Assembly (NCBI GenBank): GCA_964016885.1
Contig: OZ024742.1
Span: forward strand, 46,438,001 to 46,502,000
DNA: 64,000 nt
Source: Eledone cirrhosa
Lineage: Eukaryota
Direction of reading: 5' to 3'
Shown: positions 27,587-41,722 of the stretch, one piece after another
How the letters are laid out: the number at the start of each line of letters is the position of its first letter
Position numbering within the stretch: the first letter of the stretch is position 1
The notes under the pieces: model-generated
Seen by the model: the letters and a program-made list of their open reading frames with translations, nothing else
Told to the model about the DNA's origin: nothing
The model's database searches: none
Translations under genes and position numbers: made by a program

Positions 27587-28607
27587 AATTGAGGTTGGTA
27601 ATGGCACATGGAATATATAAGAGACAGAATACTTTTTTGGGAAAAAACATAATTTTATAAGGTAAGGAAATAATAAAGGGTATAAAAAATGACCGGTTTC
27701 GATGGGTCTGCAAAAGCCATCTTTTCAAATGTTGATTAATATTAAGAAAAATTAATAATACGAAGAGTTAAAATTTGAGACTTGAAAATTCAAGTATAAA
27801 ATTCATTGTGGGATTTCATAGCAGTTTTCATCTTGGTAGCAACAACAGGTTGACTGCTGTGTCCCTTTCTGGTAGTGAATGAGAAGTTATTTGGGGTGTG
27901 GGTTATTTTATAAAGGTCAGATTTAGCAATCGCCAGCTGCTGGTCAGTGAGGAGGTGGAAGCAATATACATACACATATCTTCCTGTGATGGGTAGGAGA
28001 GTGGAGCGTGATAGAAAGGGATTTAGTGCACTTACACCTATATATACACACATACCTTCATCCACACATACATACATATACATACGTATGTGTGGATGAA
28101 GGTATGTGTGTATATATAGGTGTAAGTGCACTAAATCCCTTTCTATCACGCTCCACTCTCCTACCCATCACAGGAAGATATGTGTATGTATATTGCTTCC
28201 ACCTCCTCACTGACCAGCAGCTGGCGATTGCTAAATCTGACCTTTATAAAATAACCCACACCCCAAATAACTTCTCATTCACTACCAGAAAGGGACACAG
28301 CAGTCAACCTGTTGTTGCTACCAAGATGAAAACTGCTATGAAATCCCACAATGAATTTTATACTTGAATTTTCAAGTCTCAAATTTTAACTCTTCGTATT
28401 ATTAATTTTTCTTAATATTAATCAACATTTGAAAAGATGGCTTTTGCAGACCCATCGAAACCGGTCAATTTTTATACCCTTTATTATTTCCTTACCTTAT
28501 AAAATTATGTTTTTTCACAAAAAAGTATTCTGTCTCTTATATATTCCATGTGCCATTACCAACCTCAATTTTCTCTATAACCTTCGCTTTGTGTAGAAAA
28601 TTACACT

Positions 28608-28612
<5 letters not shown>
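27583..28612. mobile_element. ~1-kb near-perfect palindrome (27583-28574) with U3-A8 hammerhead in each arm
   Basis: Mirror ORFs 27790-28149(-) and 28008-28367(+); plus strand 28424-28471: AACAT TTGAAAA GATGG..CCATC GAA ACCGGT C. Confidence 0.8.
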
Positions 28613-28667
<55 letters not shown>

Positions 28668-29138
28668 TGAGAGAGCGAGTGAGAGGGAGTGAGAGAGGGG
28701 GTAAGATTCATTCATACGAATCTGAGTCGTCTCTGTTTTTCTGGTTTGAGATTCCCGTTTTTATGACGGCTTTAAGATTGGATTCCGAGTCGGTGTATAT
28801 GTCCGGCCCGATCAGTACTATAGGCAGCCCCACGTGGCTGGCAGTTATATATTCATTGATTAAAGGGAATATTGCATTTCTGACACCTTAAAGTGAATAG
28901 TCATATAAGCAAATGTATGTGATGGAAGACAATGGCGTATTTGTAGGCATATTTTATTTTACGGTATATTAGAAATCTGTTATGTTTTTCGCTTTACTTT
29001 TTAACTTTATATTTATACTGTCGCCCCAAGTGATATAATCACTATTAATCGTTGAACAACTTTCAGCGAGTTATAATTCGCTTAGCTGAGTTTTGATGCT
29101 CTAAGCAGATTTTTTCAGAGTCTTATTGTCATTTCTGT

Positions 29139-29175
<37 letters not shown>

Positions 29176-29188
29176 AACAAAGACCCCC

Positions 29189-29252
<64 letters not shown>

Positions 29253-29639
29253 AGCATATATACATATGCATATATATGTCTATCTATATATATATAAATG
29301 ATATATATATATAATATATATATTATTAATATTATAATTAGTTTCTTCACATAGCTGCTTGCTACATAAGGTTTCAAAGCCTACTCTAACATAGGCCATA
29401 GATACTCTACATATGCTAATGTTGATTATCTTTCAGGCATATCGAAGATGTTCGAAGAAACATTAAAGGAAAAGAGCGCTCGATGTTTAGTACAGAGCGA
29501 AAATAAAATTATTATAAATAAATATATTTTGGCTCTGTATTAACACAGACCGCTCTTTTTCCATTAGAAACTGATAATTATCAGTTCTACGGAAAGTCTT
29601 TCCACTACAGACACATAGACTCTCCCCCCCCCCACGCAC

Positions 29640-29742
<103 letters not shown>

Positions 29743-29876
29743 CAAACACACACACATTTATATATATATATATATATATGCATATATGTGTGTGTGTTTA
29801 TGTATGTGTGTTTGTGTATCGATGTATGTATGTATATATGTATGTTTGTATGTATGCTTGTATGTATTTGTGTTTA

Positions 29877-30345
29877 GTCGCCGACGGCCCGACCATGTAC
29901 AGTTTGTACTGGGTTACATGTTATCAATAGTGCTGCTTGGTGAAGAGGGTGGTTTTGGACACCCTGTGGGATGAATAACAAAATCCGCTAATGGGCAGAG
30001 GAACTCAGGAGAGTCAACGGACATCCAATACAGTTTTCTTTTGTGGAGCGAGAGACACCTAGTCTTCATTAAGACACCTCTCTAGGAGAAGATCACTCTG
30101 ATATGAAATCTGCGACATCGTTTGTATACAATGGTGTAGACCAGTTTTTTCTGGGCAAATGTATTCGATATTCAGAGAGTGGGATTGGCCGCGTACAAAG
30201 CCTTTCCTCACTTAAAAAAGTTTCAAGCACAGACATATTTTGCGATGCATGGTATTGCTGGTCATAGGCAAATCCCTAGCAGGACTAAAAAGTTCATGCT
30301 TAAGTATCAAGCGATAGCATTACTCGAAATAGAGTTGCAGCCATC
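29877..30345 (+). mobile_element. Non-autonomous RTE-related element (5'UTR-like part plus RTE-like 3' end)
   Basis: tctaggagaag...ctctgatatgaaa motif; 3' end actcgaaatagagttgcagcc resembles 53340-53365; followed by (ATGT)n-like repeats. Confidence 0.55.
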
Positions 30346-30704
30346 ATGTATTTATGTATGTATGTATGCATGAGTGTATGTATGTATTTATGTTTGCATG
30401 AGTGTATGTATGTGTGTATGTATGTATATCTGTGTATATATGTATATATATATATGTGTGTGCATGTGTGTCTGTTTATGTGTGTGTGTGTGTATATATG
30501 TATGAAGTGTGAAATATATATCTAACTTAAATGGCTACGAGAGAAGCCAAAGCCCAGCCATAGTAAAGATATTTCTACATTTTATCTCGATCTAAAATGT
30601 CACCTCATTTATTCAGGCTAATATTAGTGCATTTGTGAAGATATCTCCTTTAGTAAGAGATTTGTGGTGAAGGGGGCGATGGTGACGATAGTTTTATAAT
30701 GAAG

Positions 30705-30990
30705 AGAAATAGAATGATGATGATGATGACGATAATGATGACAATGATGATGATGTTGATGACAGCAATGATGATGATGATAATGGTGGTGATAATGATG
30801 ATGGTGGTGATGACGATGATGGTAGTTTTAATGATGATGATGATGATGATGATTATGATGATAATTGTTGTGGTGATGTTGGTGGTGGTGATAATGGAGG
30901 TGAGGATGAGGGTGAGGATGATAGTTGGGGTGATAATGATGCTAATGATGATGATGATGATGAGGGTGATGATGATGATGAAGGTGATAA
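30705..30990 (+). repeat. Degenerate (ATG)n/(GTG)n trinucleotide array
   Basis: Seen directly. Confidence 0.9.
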
Positions 30991-30999
30991 TAGTTCCAT

Positions 31000-31170
31000 A
31001 AATTTGGCACAAGACCAGCAATTCGAGGAGAAATTATTTATATCGACATGGGAAGGACGAAAGCCAAACATGACCTCGGTGGGATTTGAAACCAAAACGT
31101 AGAGGACCATAACTAAATACTGCAATGACATCCGACATTCTAACGATTCTAGCATCACACCGCCCTATGT
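31000..31170 (-). mobile_element. Diverged SINE related to 21930-22115
   Basis: ggcacaagaccagcaatt ... acctcggtgggatttgaa (reverse complement of B box and tail). Confidence 0.55.
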
Positions 31171-31704
31171 TAATGACGACGACGACGATGACGACGACGA
31201 CAACGACGACAACGACAATGATGCTGATGATGATGATGATTATATAGTTCTAAAGTTGATTTCTATCATTATATTGCATACTATCTCCTCATCTACCTAC
31301 TCCTTTACCACCACTATAAATCTCTCTCTAAATCTCATCCTTTCCTTTGTCTCTATATATTCGATTAACATCACTTCGATTATGAAAATCAGTAATGTCA
31401 TTGTAATTATAACTGCTGACAGATATCTTATAATTATTTTAAACCTCAGTGATAGAAATAGTAGCTCTACAATAAATGAATTTTACCGCCCAACCTGCTA
31501 TAAATAGCGAACATATATCACTCATATAACAACTTACTGTTTTAAATACAAAACAAAAAAAGCACAAAAAATAGCAACAAACCACATTGCTTTTCTAGTT
31601 TATTGCTGGTAACACCCACAGAAGAAATGCTGGCTTCTCGTAACAGCTAAGGTAAAAAGCATGTGTAGAATTAAGGGTTATTTCTCTTTATATAGTAAAC
31701 TTAG

Positions 31705-31870
31705 TGGACGCAACATGATCGAATGTTTAAGAAGTTTGCTTCACATTCATAAGGTTCTGGGTTCAATCCCAACACGTAGAATCTTGGGCAAGTGTCACTT
31801 ACTCATATCCGAGCGCCATCCTAAGCCACGTGAATGAATTTGGGTAGCCAGAAACTAAATGGAAGCCAGT
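31705..31870 (+). mobile_element. tRNA-derived CORE-like SINE
   Basis: aagaagtttgcttc..gggttcaatccc..cttgggcaagtgtc..gaaact..gaagcc. Confidence 0.6.
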
Positions 31871-32544
31871 TCCAGTTAAATGGAATGTAACTGTAATTGA
31901 AATGGTCAGTCATCTCAAACACTGTGTCATGCTGAATCTCCCTGAGAATTACGTTAAAGGTATACGTGTCAGGGGAATGTCTGGCTACTTACACTATAAT
32001 AAAAGATAGATTGTACTAATATTACAAAGGATCAGCTTTGTTACACATTTTGTCATGCTGAATCTTCTCGAGAATTACGTTAAGGGTATACCCGTTTGTG
32101 GAATATCCAGCCACATACATTTTAATACAAGATGGACTGTATCTGTATTTCAAAGGACCATCCTTGTCAAAAACTGTGTCAGGTTGAATCTGAAAATTAT
32201 GTTCTGCACACGCGTCCATAGAGTGATCAGGTTCTTGCATGTTAATTTTATGAAATGGCTGTTCCGTTGATCGAACAACTGGAACACTTATCAACGAAAC
32301 CGAGGGATGACCATTTCATTCTACACTAGAGTTAATCTGCCCTATATACAGTAGATTCTAAAATTACCTCCTGGGCTTTGGGTACCTGTAATGTAGTCTA
32401 CTCAGTTGTAAGTATTTGGCCCAAGATAAATTCTTTATTTTTTTCTCACTAGTCTCAGAGGCCCTTAAAAAGGCACAAATTAGACATTTCAGCAGTAAAT
32501 TATAATTCTCTCTATATATATATGCCGATAGTTCAATTCATACG

Positions 32545-32800
32545 AACGCTAGTGGTAATGTGTAACCCACTACAACCGATCACATAATCTGATCATCGGT
32601 GACTAAACCGGCAAGCCAACCAAGCTTGCTTGGTGATGAGGGTGATTTTTGGACATTCCATGGAATAAAAAACAAAACCCGTCAATGGGCGGAGGAACTC
32701 AGAAGAGTCAACGGTTAAATAGAGCTCGTTCGTCTTGGTTGGCAGTCTGTCTAGGTGAAGGATTACTCTGATTTCAAAATCGGGATAGATGGGACTCCTT
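32545..32800 (+). mobile_element. RTE-type 5'UTR-like repeat
   Basis: gagggtgattttt-ggaca..gggcggaggaactcagaagagtcaacgg..gtctaggtgaagga. Confidence 0.5.
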
Positions 32801-33110
32801 CGTCACCTTGGGAACAACCGTTTAAGTGGCTGATGATTTGTGGCTCGGTAGCTTGCTTCCGAGTAATGGTCGGACGAAACTTATTCCGAGGTGAGAATCA
32901 TAGATATACGGTATCATTGGTCCAATTGTCCATGGTCTCCGCCTCTCAGTAATGAGGATGGGAAGAGATCAGACCAGTTCAATAGACCTGGAACTTGGAA
33001 TTCTCAGCGTCTTGTTTCAAGTTAATCTCTAGCAGAACCAGATTATCTTTGGTAACGCTAATGAAGGCTTTTCTATGAGTTAATGAAACTTTAAATCTCA
33101 CTTAAAGAGA

Positions 33111-33295
33111 TAATTGTTTCTACTTTAGACACAAGGCCAGCAATTACCCAGTGCATTACTGGTACTTTATTTTATCGACCTCGTAAGGATGAAAGGAAAA
33201 GTCAACCTCGGCGGGATTTGAACTCAGATCGTAAAGGGACGTAACTATGCTAGAAAGCATGACGTCCGACCCTCTATCGATACTGGCAATCCACT
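33111..33295 (-). mobile_element. Meta-like SINE, inverted copy of 21930-22115
   Basis: High similarity to the reverse complement. Confidence 0.8.
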
Positions 33296-34108
33296 TTTAG
33301 AAGGGGAAGAAGGAGGAAACTGTCTTTTACATCAAATTCGTATAAATGACAGGATAGTCCTGGCTGAGCCACCTTTGGTTACATGTCTGCTTAACCCGGC
33401 TTATTTCTAACTAAACAACATTTTTTTATAAATCTATCAACGCTGTAAATGCTCATAAGAAATGAATTAAGGTGACAACTTCCCATTTTAAATAGGCCAC
33501 TCTTTTAGTCTGTACAAATAAATAAATAAATAAATAAATAAATAAATAGCTGAAACCCAGTTATTAGTTATTATTCTTGTTTTCACCTCTTTACTTCCTC
33601 TTCGTCACTGTTTCATTTGTAAAACATTTTTTATTACCTTCCTACTATTATATGTTATCACGTAATGTCTATTAATAGATCATAAAAATGTAAATTATCT
33701 TTCCTATTTTATATATTTTTTAATGCTGAAATAAAAAAATAAAAAGATTTATTTTATGTCTTCTCGTTTTGGGCGTCAAGTAAAGTAATTTGTATAGAAA
33801 CTGAAGATTCATGATTGTTTTCGATATTATTTATTGGTACAGAAGGTCAATAAAACTCAACTAATATGATTAACAGATTGCAAATTCTAAATCAAATTCC
33901 CACATGGAAAAGTGTGGAGCCAAAATAGCATTATAGAAAGTCAGGGAAGCGGAAAATATTTTTATTTATAAAAAAATGTCTCTGGCTTTTTTCCTTTTCT
34001 CTCTACTTCACCCTCTCATTTTTCTCTTATTTATTTATCCGTTTTTCCTTTTTTCATAAGCTATATATATGTATATATAGTTTCAGAATGATATATACAT
34101 ATATGTTT

Positions 34109-34161
<53 letters not shown>

Positions 34162-35172
34162 AGTCATATATATGTTTAAATTTCATCCGGTTGTGAAGGA
34201 GGGAAAAGAAAGATCATCATTGCTATCAAAGTTTAACTCCAGAGGTTAGGAAGGATGAAAATAATGCGAAGATGGGAACATACAGAAATACAAAAATAAA
34301 AATTGTAGTGTCAATTTTTTAACTATTTAAATCTAATTTAAAGGAGATAATGATTATCTTTTAGAAGAGGAAATAGAGGAAAACATCGTTTACATCGAAT
34401 TAATGTAAATGACAAGGTTTTAATCAATGAAATGAAAAGCAAAACCTAAAAAGACAAATAAATAAACAGACACCAAATTCTGAATTTCAAATAAAAAAGC
34501 ACATTACGAAAATATAATTACATTCCTAGGGCAATAGTTTATGCGGATTTTATCGCAAAAACTTTACGTAATAAATTTGGGGGGTTGGGGTGGAATTTAA
34601 GACACATATACTCACTCGCACGAACATACAAACAGGCATATACTCAAATGTACAATAATACATGTACAAATGCGAGACCGCGCACACACACACACATATA
34701 GACACTTAAGTATATATATATATATTCAAAAACACACATACACACGAACACATATACGAATATCTATATCTATATATATACAAGCATATATATACAATAC
34801 ATAATAAACTCACATATGCATACTCGTGTGTATGTATGTGCATAGATGATAAATTGTTTTCTGTTGAGTTAATTGAACTTAAAATCAAAATCAAAATATT
34901 AATTACCAATTAACAGAAGTAAGATAGTATAAAAAGAATGAAATCGAATATGATTTCAAAAAGATTAAAATAAACTCCAAAATCAACAACATCGCAAGTA
35001 AACCAGTGAAGCGGCTGACAAACAAATTTCTCCACCACAGTAAATAAGTGTTATCTGGAAACGAAAGCACTGTCTTCAGTTTGGAAGATAAGGCAGCCCA
35101 ACTTATAGAAGAGGCATAAAGATTGGTATATATACATATATTTTGAGTTCTCTCCCCAACTCTCTCCCTCAC

Positions 35173-35253
<81 letters not shown>

Positions 35254-35296
35254 AAGAAAACGAAAAATCAGTGATGCATCTGGACTTAGTTTATTT

Positions 35297-35387
35297 CGTG
35301 TTACAAATGTTTCGCCGGCATGTAGCTCGAGTCATGGTCCTGGTATGGATCTGGCTGATTCTACTTCTGCGGGTTCTTTCAGACACG
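35297..35387 (-). ncRNA. Atypical hammerhead (CUGAAAGA core, long stem II)
   Basis: Minus strand: CGTGT CTGAAAGA acccgcag...tgccggc GAA ACAttTGT A ACACG; perfect 5-bp stem I. Confidence 0.6.
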
Positions 35388-35937
35388 TCTGTTATGTCCG
35401 GAGCAAATTTTATCACTGGGGTGTTATCATCAAAACAACACCCTCAAAAAACCCTCTTTCCACTCTTGTCATACCATTGGCTGTTTTTACTCCACGTCAT
35501 CACAAGTTCGGGTCATTATCTGCTGCCACACGGTTCATCAACCATTTTCCGTCCGACACATTTCAATGGAGTCATGCTGGGTTCAGTACTTCACACGTCT
35601 GCCCATACTTCAGAGTAAGCACCCACACATACTAGAATACACACATAAAAACACACACACATTCAGACACATACCTATCTATGCATTCACACTCGTACGC
35701 CTACATGCGCAGACAACCCCCCCCACACATCGCAGTATATATGCTCACACACCCTCTCTCCCTCACTTCCACGGACCCAGTCACACCCACTTGTTGGTAC
35801 ATACCGCCACGAGCCTTCTGACTGTTGTTTACTTCGTGTTCTGTATCAATTAGAATAAGCATATCCTATTCAAACATACACATATATACATACATACGCG
35901 CGCACACACACATACGGCCAGCCTGCTATACATTTAA

Positions 35938-35968
<31 letters not shown>

Positions 35969-36038
35969 CACACACTCATACACATACATATATACATACA
36001 CACATACATACACATACATACATATATACACACATGTG

Positions 36039-36108
<70 letters not shown>

Positions 36109-36210
36109 CACACACATACATACATACACACATATATACACAAATGTATACTCACACATGTCCACACATACATACGAACAGATACGTACATAAACATAAC
36201 CTACACACGT

Positions 36211-36244
<34 letters not shown>

Positions 36245-37519
36245 TTATATATGTATATATATATATACATATATACACACAAAAGAAAAAGGGACAACTT
36301 AACATGCATACGCACATGCACACATATACATACAAATACCCACGCATAGGCCGATATACATACATCTACACATGCATACGCATACATGTTGCCACATGCA
36401 TACACCTGCACGCATGCACATCTGCCTACACACACAAAAGTGCCACCACATATACATGTATAAACACACCTGTAAGTGAACAGTTAAAAATACGTTATGC
36501 AATAAAAACTGTATAATAACATAAAAAATATACAATGTAATATAATATACAATATGATATATATATATATATATATATATCTCCCCCTATTATACATATA
36601 TACACACATATATATACGCACACACATATATATATATACACACACACACGTACACAGATTCATACATACATATACGGATATATACGGATATATATAGAGG
36701 ATATGTGATAAAATAATACAACAAGAATAATAGTAATAATAAAAAAAAACATATAGTCCATATATAATCATCCACACACATTCCCATGAGATGCACATAA
36801 ACACATACATGTATGCACAGATACATATACACACATCTAGAGGCCCGCAAATGCATGCACCTGCATCCACATTCACATCCACATATATACATATACACAC
36901 ACACATATATATACGTACACTTACCCACCCGCACACACACACACCTACTCATACGTGGCTATACGTACATACTCACACATACACATATAGACATATATAT
37001 ATATATGCTCATATATAGACACACATATACACACACCCACACACACATACACCCACATTCCGCCACATATGTATATATATGCACGTCTGCACATACAGGC
37101 GCGTATAAGCTCGTGCACACACGCACCCATGCCCATACACACACCCCAACACCCACCCACGCATATATATATACATACATACGCATCTACACACACACAC
37201 GCGCACATATACCCACACACATGTCCACACATAAAAACTCGTGAACATAAACACAATATGATAATAAAATAAAATACATAAATAAATTTACAATATTTTA
37301 GGGTACATTAAATCTGTATGTAACTGCATAAATAAGTACAAGAAAAGAAGGGGTAAAATAAAGGAACGGGTAAAATAAAAAAGAAAAAAAGAAAAAATGG
37401 GGGTGGGGGGAGGTACATGAGAAGGTGCGTGCGTCCATGCGACATACTACACACAGGTATTATGAGATGCAAACTTGTGTCCGTATATAGAACAGGTAAC
37501 AGTAACAGAACAATCATAT

Positions 37520-39240
37520 AAAAATATTAAGAATCACTGTTCCAAAGTGGAACAGGTGTAGAGTATATAGTCACGATTGACGGTGTACACATTCAATGTG
37601 ACGCCCGCCACGTTCGCAATGGGGCATGGCACCGTGTCTAGGGTGTGCTGTTCTAAACGTTTAGTGCACAGGTCCGGGCGGCAGTGGGCCCCGTGTCTGC
37701 CGGTCCCAGCCCATGCGGTGTATCTTCCAACGTTGCGTGCCCGGTCACGTGCGCACCCGGTTTACATATGATTGCCCCACGGGTCGGACATCGTCATTAT
37801 GGTATGTCGTCAGGTCCCCTAATCCCGCTAGGCCAATCGGGTCTGTGCGTTCTCATTCCCGTGCCCACTGGCTGCGTCACCCGGCGGATTCCATGCTGCA
37901 AAAGTGCATCTTCTCTGGCGTCTGCATGTCATGATAATTTCAGACTTCAGGTTGACGGCGTCATCCTTCAGTCTGACTATCTCCATGGCCTCGTGTAGGC
38001 ACAATCAACACTTTCTACTTCCGGCGCGCGTGGCGAACGATACTCCATTTCAGGGCGGCGTATGGAGTGCCGTGTGCTTTCATGTCCCACACGAGGTCCG
38101 CTAACCTAGTGGAGTGCCTTTTGCTACGGTCCCTGAAGGAATTCGTGTGATTATACATCCGCGATTTAAAGGTCGTGGATGTTCCGCCGATATAGGTTCG
38201 ATGTGCATTCTGGGTTGTAACCACACACTTGTATATTAAGTCTTTCATTAAGCATTTTCCCTGTAGGGGGCACTGGGTGCCCGCTCTACAGTTGCAAGTT
38301 CTGCTGTCATTTCTTGTGCGTCCGATGTCCGGGCCCCGATCTGTTATGGCCTTCTCAGGGTTCTCGGTGTGTTGCACCGCCGACACATTTGTCCCCCCCC
38401 CATGCCACTATTTCCCTCTCGGTGTTGGACCATATCGCCCTCGTCGGGCGCACTGGTCGCCTCGGTGGCCGGGTTGTCATTTGAAGGCAGGTCCCTAGGT
38501 GGTTCTCCGCGCTCCGAAACATGGTCACTCTGTCGCCGCGGTTGACGGCCAGTGTGCGCCATCTTCACCGCGTTAGTTCTAGCTATGTAGTCGGTCATAT
38601 TCGGCGCCGTGGCGAACGAAAATTTCACCGTGTGGTGGTTGAAGATTTTGTGGTACTTATTTGTCGTCGGAAAGCACTCATCCAACGCTCGGAAGAAAAG
38701 TCCTGGCACGTTGGTGCGTACATGTTTTGAGTAAGGCGCATTGAACCAGGTAACGGCTTTAGATCTGTTCCTTCGTGTGCGTGGATTCATCTTGTTGTGT
38801 CCAGGGCTCGGTGTCGGTCCAGTGGTCTGCCCAACCACAATTTCGTCTCGTGTGTTGTCCCTGTCTATTTGCCCGCTACGTTCGTCGTGTTTATGTTCTG
38901 TAGAACATAAACACGACGAACGTAGCATTATAAATTTACGTCGTTCTATGTGGGCATCTATACGTCTATTCCCCTTAGGTCTATGTGATGCTATTGTCGG
39001 TGCAGTGGCACCTGAACTAGGCTGTTCGTGCTCCGTGGCGTGTGCCCCGTTCTTATTTGTCGAAGTCCTGTCCAAGGTCCCAGTTGCCACTGAGTGTGCA
39101 GTGTGCGTGCCAGGCTTATGCCTCCGCACACTGGGTGGTCTGGCTCCCGTGGGTGCCTTAGTCCTATCTCGGGTCGTATATCTCAGCTGCGCCCTGCAGA
39201 CAAAATGGTGAAAGCATTTTAGTGGAGAACAGCCAGCGAC
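37520..39240 (-). mobile_element. Hydra-like PLE 3' half (linker plus GIY-YIG), frameshifted
   Basis: VTWFNAPYSKHVRTNV, HKIFN.HTVKFSF, CNCRAGTQCPLQGKCL, IYKC..YIGG, LKWSI, C*LC. Confidence 0.85.
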
Positions 39241-39871
39241 ACCCGCTGTATTAATCACTCCACCTCAGATAATTTAATATTTGAATATTCTGTTTGGATT
39301 CTACCGTGGTTGCCACAATACTTGATTATCAAGAAAACTGTTGATAGAAATCTAACACTATGTATTTAAGGAATGTTTTGTTAGTCAGTTATCATCAACT
39401 TGGAAGAGGTTTAGTGGTTGCTTGAAGTGATATATCATTGTGGGAACAAAACATTTTACCTAGTTTACGTTACGTTGTCAATAGTTAAAGTGAAAAAAAC
39501 AAAAAAGCTTGAAAATACATCACTTGAGATTTCACTGAGATGTATCTGTTTACACTTGATGTTTATATAAAGAATCAGCTAGAACAATGTTTACTTAGGT
39601 CTCAGTATCCTAAGACAATACTTTATAAAACTAAGCAATAACAAATATATCAACAACAATGACAAATACCAAATCTCTCGGTATAAACAAGTAAAATAAC
39701 TGCTGAAACCTTAAAGAAATCAATTGAGAGAAAGTTTAATCATTTAGTCGTTCATTTCTTTATAGTTTGTTTTATTCGAGATTTTTAAACATCGTTTGTA
39801 GCCTGTGTTACTAGGTTTTTATATAGCTATCTCTATGTATGTATGTATGTATGTATGTATGTATGTATGTA

Positions 39872-40417
39872 TGTTCTTCTGGTTTTATAATTTCACAAAG
39901 TTTTACCAATAGAGAGAGAGTCGGTTTCTAACATAGACACAAGACTCTCTCATTGAAATTTACACAACATCAACTAGGTAGATATGTATGTATGCATGCA
40001 TGTGTAGATATGGATGTTATTGTATGTGTGGATGTGTATGTTTTGAGTTGTATGTGTGCATGTGTATATGCTTTGTATCTGTACATGTGTATATGCAGTT
40101 ATTAGATGCAACATTTTTGGAATGTTTTACATATTTTTACTGTTCCATTAATGGATTGTACTTGTAATTTTCTAACTAGTTGTGTTCTTTCTGTTCCTGT
40201 GAAGCCTAGCTTCTCAAGATTTGTATTGAGGCAGTTACTAACATATCCCAGTGCCCCAATAATCACAGGCATAAATCTGAAGGTGTAATCAGGGTAGAGT
40301 ATCTGCAGATTTCTCATGAGTTCTGCATAAATATTCTCCTTTTCACTAATCTTTGATATTATATTGGCATCTGCTGGGCAGCTAATTTCCACTACTGTGC
40401 ATGTTTTCTTCTCCCTG
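39872..40417 (-). mobile_element. R4/Dong-type LINE 3' fragment (RLE)
   Basis: EISCPAD..ISEKENIYAEL..PVIIGALG; (TATG)n on both sides. Confidence 0.85.
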
Positions 40418-40488
40418 TATGTATGTATGTATGTATGTATGTATGTATGTATGTATGTATGTATGTATGTATGTATGTATGTATGTAT

Positions 40489-40780
40489 GTTCTGGTTTTA
40501 TAATTTCACAAATTTTTGCCAATAAAGAGAGTCGGTTTCAAACATAGATACAAGACTCTCTCATGGAATTTACACAACATCAACTAGGTAGGTATGTATG
40601 TATGTGTAGATATGGATGTTATTGTATGTGTGGATGTGTATATTTTGAGTTGTATGTGTGCATGTGCATACGCTTTGTATCTGTACATGTGTATATGCAG
40701 TTATTAGATGCAACATTTTTGGAATGTTTTACACATTTTTACTGTTCCATTAATGGATTGTACTTGTAATTTCCTAACAT
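40489..40780 (-). mobile_element. R4/Dong-type LINE 3' fragment, second tandem copy
   Basis: Near-identical to 39872-40177. Confidence 0.8.
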
Positions 40781-41098
40781 ATGTATGTATGTATAACACT
40801 CAATGTATGTATGTATGTATGTATGTATGTATGTATGTATGTATGTATGTATGTATGTATGTATATGGCGGTGTATATATATGTGGTGTATGTATATAGT
40901 GGTGTATATAGGGACTTCTCAAGCATTTTCTAGTCGTGAAATTAACGCGGAAACGGCTGAGTATTCCAGAGTCAGAGGTAAACTTAATGTCATTTTCAGG
41001 CAGATTCAGCGTGACTATGTCAGCCTTTTGAATTTCTGGTAATATTCACATTCCTTGAGAATATATTGGTTAGCCTATGAATGTTTCAGCGTCTTCTC

Positions 41099-41151
<53 letters not shown>

Positions 41152-41722
41152 GTTTAGCGAGGTTTTTTATATGAAATCGTGTATCGAAACAGATATTGTT
41201 ATATTTGGGGAGGGTCATATTTGCGTAATATTGCCAGAATTAATAACAGAACACACTCACTGTTTGGTTGGTTTTCGCTTCTCGCTGTCTTTTATATCTG
41301 CGATCTAACTTACTCGGTCCTCAATGTTGCCATTGACTGACCGGCGGTCAAAAATAATACAGATACAATATAGACACAAACACATATATATAGTTTACAT
41401 AATTTACATAAATCTTTCGTTGCACATCTGCAACATCGTCAGTGGTGTTATATTCATTGTTCCTCCTGTTGTGTTGTATGTCTACGCCATTTTTTATTCA
41501 GTCTGTCTATATATTTATTATTTATTTGCTTGTTTGTTTATCTTATTTTATTTTGTCTTCTTTGCGCATGCGTTTGTGTGTGTGTATAGTGTTATGTGTG
41601 ATGTGTGACTAGTGTGTATAGTGTTGTGTCGGCTGGGTGACTAGTGTGTGTTTATGTGCTTGTTGTTATTGTGCTTGTGTATGTATTTATTTATCTTATT
41701 TTATTTTATTTTATTTACTTAT

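Noticed and set aside
30650-31158. Poly-Met, poly-Ile and poly-Ser ORFs
   Set aside because: Readings of an (ATG)n microsatellite.
38004-38010. TGA in the C*LC motif of the Hydra-like endonuclease as selenocysteine
   Set aside because: It occupies the variable position (CDLC in the paralog), consistent with CGA>TGA decay in an already frameshifted copy.
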